A stretch of 64,000 bases of DNA from the NCBI GenBank assembly GCA_043806035.1, contig JAZDHK010000033.1, forward strand, positions 33,003-97,002. Reading direction: 5' to 3'. The notes beneath the pieces were generated by a model, which did not search any database, was not told the origin of the DNA, and worked only from the letters and a program-made list of their open reading frames with translations. Origin of the DNA: an archaeon. Its GTDB lineage: Archaea > Nanobdellota > Nanobdellia > Woesearchaeales > UBA9642. Shown here in pieces: positions 1 through 9,108 of this stretch. Made by a program: the position numbers and the translations under genes. Numbering within the stretch: the stretch's first letter is position 1; every line of letters begins with the position of its first letter.

Positions 1-3000
1 GGATGCACGACATACAAAATACGCATTAGACAATTCAACACTTCTTGCCAACACGGACAACGTGCTCAATATCACGGCGAGAAAGACGAACGGCAGCGGC
101 ACCTGGGGTCCTGAAGGACAGGTATTTGCACTGCTCACTGAGGATGAGCAGCAGCCCTGGTTTGTCCTCTCTGACGTGTACATGAACACGTGCACGCCAG
201 CATGCATCGGCACGCTCAGAGGCAACTATTCAGAACCGAACTTCTTCAATCTTGAAATAACGGGAAACATATCCGCACCGTACTATACGGAGACCCCTCC
301 TGCGCAGCCATTCATCATAACACTCGAACTCAACGAGAGCGATGCGCTCATTTACGCGTCCATGCGGGACAGGGCAGGCAATCTCGCCTATCTCGAACGG
401 CAGGGACAGTATGATAATGAAAGCCCTGAACTGGAATTGCTTGAAGTCATCTCTAGACCTGACGGGTATGCTTTTGCAGACAATAATTTCACATGGCGTG
501 TCAAGAGACTGCAAGGCAATACACCCATACGTGTTAACGTCACCATTCGCGGAAGGATTGTCAGCACGGATTACCAGTATGTCAACTTGCGCAGCACAGA
601 CTCGACGCCCGTGCTGAACGTGAACATCACACCAGACATCAACGGATTCTTCTCCTATGACTTGCCACAAGAACTCATACCTATTACGGGAAGAGAGAAC
701 AATTACACGTACAACTTGTCCATATATGACCTTGCAGGGAACGTCCTGCTCATCCCGTTGCGTATCGTCTATGATCTCTCACCCCCTCTCATCACCGTGC
801 AATATCCTGCAGGCCATCCTGCTCGTCCGTATGATATTTTTTCGAATGAGCCACAACCTATGTTCTCGCTGCTCACTGATGAAGGGACGCTGTGCAATCT
901 GACCTACTATCCTCAGGACAGCCTCCTGCTTTGGACGGACAGCATAGAGGGATATGGTAGTACGCACCAGCAACGGCCATCCTACCAAATAGATCTCGTG
1001 CATAATGCGTTCAACGTCACCTGTGCAGACCTCGTCGGCAACACCGCCAATGCACCGTACCATTTCTTCTTCGACAATGAAGGTCCGCGCATACGCGCAA
1101 TAACCCTTACTACGCCAACGAGCAACTACGATGTCTTCCAGGACGAGAACCACGTGCAGTTCTACGTGTTCAACAGAACAGACACCATCATCAACTTCAG
1201 CATGATGAACAGCACGGGACAGGACGAGCCGTACACGTACTGCAAGTACGACCAGGATGACGTTCCCTACGAGCAGATGGCACTCGATGCAAATTACGTC
1301 TACGGATTCTCAGAATCGAGAAGGGCGACAAACCTGCTCAGCCTCACAAGCAACGAAACACACTACATTGCCTGCGCGGACTTCCTAAACAACACCCTGC
1401 AACAGCCCTACACCAACTACCGTGTCGATCTTTTCTCCAGTCCCACTGCCCCGCTCATCTGGAACGTCAAAGTGGACAACAAGACCGCAGGATACATCAG
1501 GCATTTGACACCAAAACTGGAAGTGTTCGCCAGCAGGTTCTTGACCTCCTGCACATACACGCAATACGTGGGCACGGAGCTTCCACTTCAGCGAGACCCG
1601 ACACACAATGGCGTCTATGACTTATTAGACACGGACAACAATCGCATTTTCGATGACATTCTCGACTTACAAAACGGGTTCATCTACCGTTTTGACATCA
1701 GCTGTCAGGGTGCGGGCAGCGAGACGGCAAGCATAACCGTCATGACCGACAACAGCACCTTCATTACCATCACTGATCCAGAGAACGGCGAGGTATTCAA
1801 CGACCCTCTGCGAACCATAACGGTGGTGACAGAGCCGGACAGCAACGTCACCGTGCTCGTTAATAACACCAACCCACGATCGGAATTCACAACCACGCCA
1901 ACGCTCATCCTGCAGAACGTCCTGCTACGCTATAACGGCAGCAACAACATCAGTGCACGCACACTCGATCATGCAGAGAACACGGCACAGGACAGCACCC
2001 TTGTTGTGTACAACATGTCCGGACCCTCAGTTAACATAAGTCTTGCTATCAATGATAACCAGTTCAGCAACCAAGAGCTGTGGATGGTCAACGACACATA
2101 TAACCTCACCATGAACTTCCAGAGCAGCAATCCTCTCTTCGATATTACCAGGACACGGCTGGTTTTCGAGAATGCAACACATGCACCTGTTGTGTTCACT
2201 AACACCACAATAGGGAATCGCATGCTGCTCACACCGGCCGCTCCATTCGTTCTCGTGAACGATTACACATTGGCAGTGGTTGCTTATGACCAGTATGGCG
2301 TTGCAGGAAGCACTGCTTTCTTCACCATCCTCATCAGGCCAGTCCCCAAGATAGTCGCCACTAGCCCGCAAGATGGCATTATCGTCTATGATACGGAGCA
2401 GAATTTCTCAGGCACATTCACTCCCTATGCGGAACAAGCGTACCTGCGCATAAACAACAGGACGATCATATCGTCGAATCCAGCATTCCAGTTGACAAGT
2501 ACAACATATACGTATGCAAGCGCGCTGTGCCAGGACATTATTCCTGGATTGAATACGTGGACCGTTTTTGCAGCACTCAACGAAACATGGGCAAACACAT
2601 CAGGAAGCTTGACCCTGCAGCAAAGCCTCCCTCCGAATGTTACGTTGTTCAGCACGCAAGAAAACGTCTTTGTTGACGACAACACCTTTAGGACCAATCA
2701 AACGCAGGTCAACATCAGCATCAACATCAGCGACGATGACAATGGCTGGTATGTCATCGAGAATGCCACTCATCGCATGGCCAGCGGCAACTTCTCAACC
2801 CTTCCAGAAACGCACACGTTCACGCTTACCGGCTTGACGAATGGAGCAAGCCGTCACCTCAACATCACCGCACAAGATAAGACGTGCAATGTGCGGGCAA
2901 TTGCAGTAACCGTCGTTAATGACAATCAGGCACCACTCATCAACATAACAGAGCCATTCTACTACAATAATCAACTCTTTGCAAGCACGGTGACTCCTGC

Positions 3001-6000
3001 ATTCGTCATCGATACGGACGAGTCCGCCAGTTGCACGGTCATGTACACGCATAGCGGGGCGTATGGTGAGCCGTACATACTCTATTTAGGTAATGTTTCA
3101 GGGCACCATCACGAACTCCTGCCTGACCAGCAGTACTTCAGCATAGATGTGAACAGCAACGTGAACATCACGTGCAAGGACGTGTTTGGCAACAGCAGGA
3201 CCGTCACTCCTTGGCCAACGTTCCGCTTCGACAACACCCCGCCAGCTATAAGTGATTTCACTATCTCTTCCTCTACAGACAGATTCCTCATGACGAGCCA
3301 ATCAAACTATGAACGGACATTCTACGTGTTGGACAACAGCACCCGGCTCAAGCTCATCATGAACGAAGGCTATACGTCCTGCAAGTACAGCACGGTCAGC
3401 GAGCCGTACGCGGAAATGGATGTTGATTTCGACAACACGCCCTGGTCGGGCTATACCCGTTATTCTCCCTTCATCAACCTCTCCACCACCTTACAGGACT
3501 ATTACGTGTCCTGTGAGGATCCCAGCCAGAACGCCATCACACCTCCGTATCTTTATCATCTTGCCCATCAGGATGCATTCAGGCTCATCGTCGGCGTACG
3601 CATGAATGCCAATCTCAACGATACGTTCATCAACCAATTGCATCCGACGCTCTATCTTGACAGAAGCACGACAGATACGAGTTGCTCCTACCGGCAGTAC
3701 ATGTTCAACAACAGTGCATGGCAAGATCTGACAGTAGGTCCTGCAGTAGGCTTCAACGGGAATGGATATACTGTCTCTCATGCAGTGGATATGCTGAGCA
3801 ACAACACCTACCTGTTCAACATCACCTGCCAACGATTCTTGGAAGTGGATAGGGCAGCATTCATCATCCACACGGACACAAACACGTATGTCAACATCAC
3901 TGATCCAGCAAACAATGTGGTGAGCAGGGATCCATCAATAAACATCACCGTACAACACGAGAACGACAGCAGGCTCATCGTCTTCGTGAACAACACAGAG
4001 CAATACAACCAGACAACAAACGATATGGTACAAACTGCCGTGCCCATTCTCCTGCCTGGCAACGGATCATCGCCAGTCAAGGCACGCATCATCGATCATG
4101 CAACCAACACGGCAGAGCACACCATAACCCTCGTCTATAACATGACCGGCCCTCTTGCTGCGTTGACGTTGTTCGCCGTGAACGACGCGCCTTACGGCAG
4201 TAACGTAGAGCAGCTCACCAGTGCAGAGATACAACTTGACTCTCTTGAGACACCATCGCGCATCAACCTCGCCAATACAGCCATAACCGTCTTCAATACT
4301 ATGAATCAGCCGGTGAATTTTACGAGAAGCATGCCTCTTGTTCCTGGAAACACGGTACGCATACAGCTCGATAATGCTGCGACTTTGCCTGGGGATTATC
4401 GTCTTAATGTCGTGGCAAGGGACGCGTTCAACGCATCGGGCAGCACGGCCAGTTTCATTATTGCAGTAAGGAACGCTGCGAACATCCTGTCAGAAAATCC
4501 CCCTGCGGTTATCACGGAAGCGAATGCGTTGTTCAATGGCACCCTCACACCGTATGCGGACAGGTTTGAACTGCATGTTCTCAGACCGACGCGAGGATGG
4601 CAGAACGTCACTATATTCACTGCCCCTGCGACAACGTACGCATACACGGCGAGCTGCAGTCTGCTCGAGCAAGGACTGAACGAGTATACACTGTATGCAG
4701 TGCTGAACGGCACTGCCTCCTGGCTGGAACGTACTGTTGAGCTTCAGCCTTCAGGCGTGCCCAATCTCTCTGTTGATGTCACGAGCAGCGTTGGCGTTGT
4801 CAGCAAAGAGAATGCGACAACGTTCAGGACGAATGCATCAGCAGTAAACCTCAGCCTGACTTTCTCTGATGATGACGGCGGCACGTACCGGGTGAATGGC
4901 ACAAATCTTAATGTACAAGGACAGTTCAATGAATCCTACACCATCCTCCACCAATTCACGCTCGCCATGCAAGCAGGCCAGGACAGGCTGTATCCTTATG
5001 ACATCAACGTCAACGACAGGAGCTGTAACGAACTCCTCACTATGGTAACTGTCATCAGGGATGACAAGGCACCCATAATCGGTGTGCGTTCCCCCTTCCT
5101 GGACAGCGGCAGGCTGTACGCGGCGAGCAGAAACGCAGTCATCAATGTCAGCACAGACGAGCAGGCGACCTGTCAACTCACGTATACAAGTGAAAGTGGT
5201 GCTGTGCTTCCTGGAGAATTTGCAAGCGCAGACAATCGAACGCACACGTTCTATGGCGTTTTCCTGAACAACACACCCGTTGTCATAAACTGCACGGACG
5301 TCTTTGGACACGTTGGCAGGACAACCCCACAAATCTTAACATTCATTGTTGATGACGTCCCACCATCCATCCTCGAATGGGATGTCATCAACCCTAATAG
5401 TCGCTACTTGCGCAACAGTACGAACAGCACTGATTTCGTCAAGGACTTCATCATTTATAGAGGCAATGGTACGGACATCCGCGTCAAGGTCGATGACCGG
5501 AATGCAACGTGTAAGTATGATTTGAGCACCACTACCTTTGAGAACATGCAATACACGTTAGAAGAATATGACGTGCATAACACACCACCCTACTACGTGC
5601 AGTTCAGAATAGGCAGCCAGCTCAACTTCACGGAAGGAGAAGTCAAGACACTGCACGTCTCTTGTGCCGATCCTGCAGGCAACGTCATGGACCAAAGAAT
5701 AAATGCAGGAGAGACATCATTCTACTATGATCACTTCACGTACAGGATGAACTACACATCTACCATCGGCCTCTTCCTCGGCCTGTACATCAACAACAAA
5801 GAGAACAACTCCTACATCAACAACCTGAACGCGCAATTGCGCGCCATAACCTTCGACGCACTACGCTGCAGATACACCTACTTCATCGACAATGCTGGCT
5901 GGCAGGAGCTTGGCGAAGATATCATGAGCCGTGTTAATTACACGCACACGGCAACAATTGCTCTTGAGAACAACAAGACCTACCGCTTCGACGTGTACTG

Positions 6001-9000
6001 CGACCAGACGAGCCTCGAGCCAGAAACAAAATCCATAACCATCATGACAGACAATTACACCTTCATCCACATCGACACGCCCCGCTCAGGAGAATTCACC
6101 GATCCCGCACTACTCCTGCAAGGAACGAGCGAACCAGGCAACCTCACCATCACCCTGACAACACCCGATGACCAAAGAACGTACGAACTGCAAACAACAG
6201 GATCATTCACACAGCCCATCACCTTGTTCGGCGAGCCCGATGGGTTCAGCCAGAACACCATCACGGCACACATCAGAGACAGAGCGGACAACACCGCCTC
6301 AGATACCGTCATGGTGAGCTTTAACTGGTCAGGGCCATTAACTGATGCGCGTGTCGGCATCAACGGCCAGGAACCTATACCTATCACGGACACGACCGTA
6401 CGGCAATTGCGCAACATCACCATCGCACTCGACACAGTTGATGCGCGCCTCGATCTTGAAAGAACAAACGTCAGTTTTAGAGACGCAACACACAACATAC
6501 CCTTCACGAGAACAAACCTGCCCGATGCAATATTCCTCTCCTTCTCACCCCCACGAGTGGATATTGGCAGCTATGACTTAGATATCATTCCCCGCGCGAA
6601 TGATGGCAGTGCAGGCCTGCCCCATCACATCATTGTCAGAATACACCCCAACGCCACCATAATCACCGTAGAAAATCCTGCAGAGGACCACACGACGACA
6701 GCAAGCGTGCTCTTCAATGGTACGCTCGAACCATACGCGAACAGGACATACATTGCATTCACGACAAGCCATGACATCACCACCAGCAACCGCATGACCA
6801 CCTTCAGCTACACGAGCAACTGCCAAGATCTCGTGCACGGCTGGAACGACTACATCATCACCGCATGCATAGAGGAATTCTGCACCCCACTCCAGGGAAG
6901 CATGTATTTAGAAGAACGTATGCCAACCATCAACCTTACGGCAGTCCTGCCCGCATCCAATGTGTATTATGACCCAGCAAATGATGTGTGGAGGACAAAT
7001 CTTGCACGAGTGAACCTCTCGGGAACGGTCGTAGATGACGACGGCTCAACCTTCCTCATCTGGAACGGCTCACGCTACATTTACAACACCACTTACACGA
7101 CACAGCACGAATTCTTCGTCCAAGCAAACCTGACAACTGGCGTCAATAGGGAAGTGGCCAATAATTTCACCTTCCTTGCATTCGATCAAAGCAGCTGCAC
7201 ACCCACAACGCTACTGGCAACAGTGCTGTACGATAGCGCACCCCCTCACATTACCTTCAACTATCCCGTCCTGCACCCAGACAGGTCAGGGCATGCCAAC
7301 CAAATCTATGCACGAGAGGATAGCCCTGTCTTCGACATCAGCACGAACGAGCCTGCACGATGCAACCTCACGTACACCATGGCATTCACGGGAGGCATCA
7401 GCAACACCATTTCCTGCGATGGAGACTTCAGCACGACGCACAGCTGCATAACCTCTCCTATAGAGCAGAACACGCAAACGGTTATCACCTCCTGCGTTGA
7501 TGTCTTCGGCAACACGAACACCACACCTGCCATGCGCTTCTTCGTGGACAACATTCCTCCTAACATCACGTGGGGAATAACCACCCCCAATTACACCTTG
7601 CAAGTGCAAGACCAGGCAAGAAACTACACGCTCTATTACAGTAATCTCACCCAGCTCAACATCACCACGCAAGCGGCGGATTATGCAAGCTGCGTATACT
7701 CCAATGAAACAACACAGTATGAGTTCATGCTGCCCATGTACAACCAGACGCCGCTGGAACGACGATCTGCAGTGCTCGCTCTCATAGAAAACGTCAGCCA
7801 GCACTGGTACATCTCCTGCAGGGACTTCGTCGGCAACACCATCAACGATGCATTTAGAGAATACTACATCACCTTCAATCCCAATGCACTCTATGAGATC
7901 AGCCTCACCATAGACGGCAAGGGCAACAACTCATTCATCAACAACCTCACACCAACACTGCGTGCAGGTGCAGCGGACATGGAATGGTGCAAGTACACCG
8001 GACAACGATGGACGGGCAGCGGGTGGGTAGACACGCATCCACTGACGAGCATGACCGTGTATCAGGGAGGGGCGAATGCAACCACACCCTTGCTGGAAAA
8101 CAACAACACGTACCTGTTCAGTGTCACGTGCAAACGCCAACATCAGCTCACGACATTCCAAGAACGAATAATCACCACAACAGACACCACAACCTTCATC
8201 CACATCGACAACCCAAGTAACGGAGAAGTCTTCAACGACAGCATCATCACCATCGACGGCAGCGCAGAAACACCAGGAACAATTAACGTGAGTGTGCAGA
8301 ACAGCAACGGCCTCACCAGATATCCTGCCTTCGCGAGCGAAGGTGCATTCGTGCAGGACATAAGCTTAGTGCGAGGACAAAACACCATCCGCGCACGCAT
8401 TACGGACAGGGCAGGCAATGTTGCAGAGCATGCAATCAACGTCACCTTAGACTTGCTCGGTCCTGAAGTCAGCATAGCCGTAGGTCTCAACGGCAATTCG
8501 CCTGACGAGCACCACACGAGCTTCAGCGGGCAGTACTTGTCCAGCATCCTGCTCAGCATGGAATCAGTGGACCTCCGCTTCAACATCAGTCTTACAGAAA
8601 TCAATCTCTCCGATCAAGGACAAGTTCCCTTCACACGAACGTACGGCCTAGGCACGATTACCTTAACTATAGACCCGACGAGATACCTGGGCAATTACAC
8701 CCTGCGCATCAAAACGTTCGGCAACGATAGCACCATAGGCAGCAGCAAGATCGTCTTCCTCACGATAGACCCGGACATACCAAGCATAACCCTCTCTAGC
8801 CCGCATGATGGCTACGTCAACAATGCCAGCGTACGCTTCTCCGGAAGCATACAGCCCATGGCACAACTGCTCCAGTATGCCGTCTATAATGAGACGGGAG
8901 GAATACGCAGCGGCATCTTGCCTTTCGCGGACAACCTCAACACGACGTTCAACTACGTTGTCAACAACGCACTTACAGAGGGAAGGAACGATTATTATGT

Positions 9001-9097
9001 TACGGCAGTCCTCAATGGACGTTCGAGCAATCCGACGGGCGGCACACTCTACCTGGTCACCAGCCCGCCCAGCATACAAAACGTGACCATAGGCTGA
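1..9097 (+). CDS. giant extracellular repeat protein (putative glycosylated adhesin), 5'-partial, >3030 aa
   Basis: Frame 2 is open from nt 2 (DARHTKYALDNSTLLANTDN precedes the first listed codon), so the N-terminus lies outside the window. A single uninterrupted 9.1 kb ORF. It contains four diverged ~715-aa super-modules, recurrent D-x-[AV]-G-N and D-x-x-[AP]-P-x-I boundary motifs typical of Ig-like beta-sandwich surface domains, and very dense N-x-S/T sequons. The TGA stop is followed by GAGGTGAGG and the next ATG. No C-terminal TM anchor. Confidence 0.88.
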   Translation, partial: DARHTKYALDNSTLLANTDNVLNITARKTNGSGTWGPEGQVFALLTEDEQQPWFVLSDVYMNTCTPACIGTLRGNYSEPNFFNLEITGNISAPYYTETPPAQPFIITLELNESDALIYASMRDRAGNLAYLERQGQYDNESPELELLEVISRPDGYAFADNNFTWRVKRLQGNTPIRVNVTIRGRIVSTDYQYVNLRSTDSTPVLNVNITPDINGFFSYDLPQELIPITGRENNYTYNLSIYDLAGNVLLIPLRIVYDLSPPLITVQYPAGHPARPYDIFSNEPQPMFSLLTDEGTLCNLTYYPQDSLLLWTDSIEGYGSTHQQRPSYQIDLVHNAFNVTCADLVGNTANAPYHFFFDNEGPRIRAITLTTPTSNYDVFQDENHVQFYVFNRTDTIINFSMMNSTGQDEPYTYCKYDQDDVPYEQMALDANYVYGFSESRRATNLLSLTSNETHYIACADFLNNTLQQPYTNYRVDLFSSPTAPLIWNVKVDNKTAGYIRHLTPKLEVFASRFLTSCTYTQYVGTELPLQRDPTHNGVYDLLDTDNNRIFDDILDLQNGFIYRFDISCQGAGSETASITVMTDNSTFITITDPENGEVFNDPLRTITVVTEPDSNVTVLVNNTNPRSEFTTTPTLILQNVLLRYNGSNNISARTLDHAENTAQDSTLVVYNMSGPSVNISLAINDNQFSNQELWMVNDTYNLTMNFQSSNPLFDITRTRLVFENATHAPVVFTNTTIGNRMLLTPAAPFVLVNDYTLAVVAYDQYGVAGSTAFFTILIRPVPKIVATSPQDGIIVYDTEQNFSGTFTPYAEQAYLRINNRTIISSNPAFQLTSTTYTYASALCQDIIPGLNTWTVFAALNETWANTSGSLTLQQSLPPNVTLFSTQENVFVDDNTFRTNQTQVNISINISDDDNGWYVIENATHRMASGNFSTLPETHTFTLTGLTNGASRHLNITAQDKTCNVRAIAVTVVNDNQAPLINITEPFYYNNQLFASTVTPAFVIDTDESASCTVMYTHSGAYGEPYILYLGNVSGHHHELLPDQQYFSIDVNSNVNITCKDVFGNSRTVTPWPTFRFDNTPPAISDFTISSSTDRFLMTSQSNYERTFYVLDNSTRLKLIMNEGYTSCKYSTVSEPYAEMDVDFDNTPWSGYTRYSPFINLSTTLQDYYVSCEDPSQNAITPPYLYHLAHQDAFRLIVGVRMNANLNDTFINQLHPTLYLDRSTTDTSCSYRQYMFNNSAWQDLTVGPAVGFNGNGYTVSHAVDMLSNNTYLFNITCQRFLEVDRAAFIIHTDTNTYVNITDPANNVVSRDPSINITVQHENDSRLIVFVNNTEQYNQTTNDMVQTAVPILLPGNGSSPVKARIIDHATNTAEHTITLVYNMTGPLAALTLFAVNDAPYGSNVEQLTSAEIQLDSLETPSRINLANTAITVFNTMNQPVNFTRSMPLVPGNTVRIQLDNAATLPGDYRLNVVARDAFNASGSTASFIIAVRNAANILSENPPAVITEANALFNGTLTPYADRFELHVLRPTRGWQNVTIFTAPATTYAYTASCSLLEQGLNEYTLYAVLNGTASWLERTVELQPSGVPNLSVDVTSSVGVVSKENATTFRTNASAVNLSLTFSDDDGGTYRVNGTNLNVQGQFNESYTILHQFTLAMQAGQDRLYPYDINVNDRSCNELLTMVTVIRDDKAPIIGVRSPFLDSGRLYAASRNAVINVSTDEQATCQLTYTSESGAVLPGEFASADNRTHTFYGVFLNNTPVVINCTDVFGHVGRTTPQILTFIVDDVPPSILEWDVINPNSRYLRNSTNSTDFVKDFIIYRGNGTDIRVKVDDRNATCKYDLSTTTFENMQYTLEEYDVHNTPPYYVQFRIGSQLNFTEGEVKTLHVSCADPAGNVMDQRINAGETSFYYDHFTYRMNYTSTIGLFLGLYINNKENNSYINNLNAQLRAITFDALRCRYTYFIDNAGWQELGEDIMSRVNYTHTATIALENNKTYRFDVYCDQTSLEPETKSITIMTDNYTFIHIDTPRSGEFTDPALLLQGTSEPGNLTITLTTPDDQRTYELQTTGSFTQPITLFGEPDGFSQNTITAHIRDRADNTASDTVMVSFNWSGPLTDARVGINGQEPIPITDTTVRQLRNITIALDTVDARLDLERTNVSFRDATHNIPFTRTNLPDAIFLSFSPPRVDIGSYDLDIIPRANDGSAGLPHHIIVRIHPNATIITVENPAEDHTTTASVLFNGTLEPYANRTYIAFTTSHDITTSNRMTTFSYTSNCQDLVHGWNDYIITACIEEFCTPLQGSMYLEERMPTINLTAVLPASNVYYDPANDVWRTNLARVNLSGTVVDDDGSTFLIWNGSRYIYNTTYTTQHEFFVQANLTTGVNREVANNFTFLAFDQSSCTPTTLLATVLYDSAPPHITFNYPVLHPDRSGHANQIYAREDSPVFDISTNEPARCNLTYTMAFTGGISNTISCDGDFSTTHSCITSPIEQNTQTVITSCVDVFGNTNTTPAMRFFVDNIPPNITWGITTPNYTLQVQDQARNYTLYYSNLTQLNITTQAADYASCVYSNETTQYEFMLPMYNQTPLERRSAVLALIENVSQHWYISCRDFVGNTINDAFREYYITFNPNALYEISLTIDGKGNNSFINNLTPTLRAGAADMEWCKYTGQRWTGSGWVDTHPLTSMTVYQGGANATTPLLENNNTYLFSVTCKRQHQLTTFQERIITTTDTTTFIHIDNPSNGEVFNDSIITIDGSAETPGTINVSVQNSNGLTRYPAFASEGAFVQDISLVRGQNTIRARITDRAGNVAEHAINVTLDLLGPEVSIAVGLNGNSPDEHHTSFSGQYLSSILLSMESVDLRFNISLTEINLSDQGQVPFTRTYGLGTITLTIDPTRYLGNYTLRIKTFGNDSTIGSSKIVFLTIDPDIPSITLSSPHDGYVNNASVRFSGSIQPMAQLLQYAVYNETGGIRSGILPFADNLNTTFNYVVNNALTEGRNDYYVTAVLNGRSSNPTGGTLYLVTSPPSIQNVTIG
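1731..8230 (+). repeat. protein-level tandem super-repeat, period ~2.13-2.17 kb, at least 4 copies
   Basis: The anchor motif I-x-x-x-T-D-x-x-T-[FY]-[IV]-x-I-x-x-P-x-x-G-E occurs at nt ~1731, 3861, 6030 and 8167. The order of flanking motifs is the same in each copy. Copies 3 and 4 share the exact 19-mer accttcatccacatcgaca (near 6058 and 8196). Confidence 0.85.
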
Positions 9098-9108
9098 AGA
9101 GGTGAGGT

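Noticed and set aside
1-9097. Interpreting the giant ORF as the S-layer protein
   Set aside because: The size, modular super-repeats, lack of a C-terminal anchor and linkage to pilin-like genes fit an adhesin better. This cannot be excluded from sequence alone.
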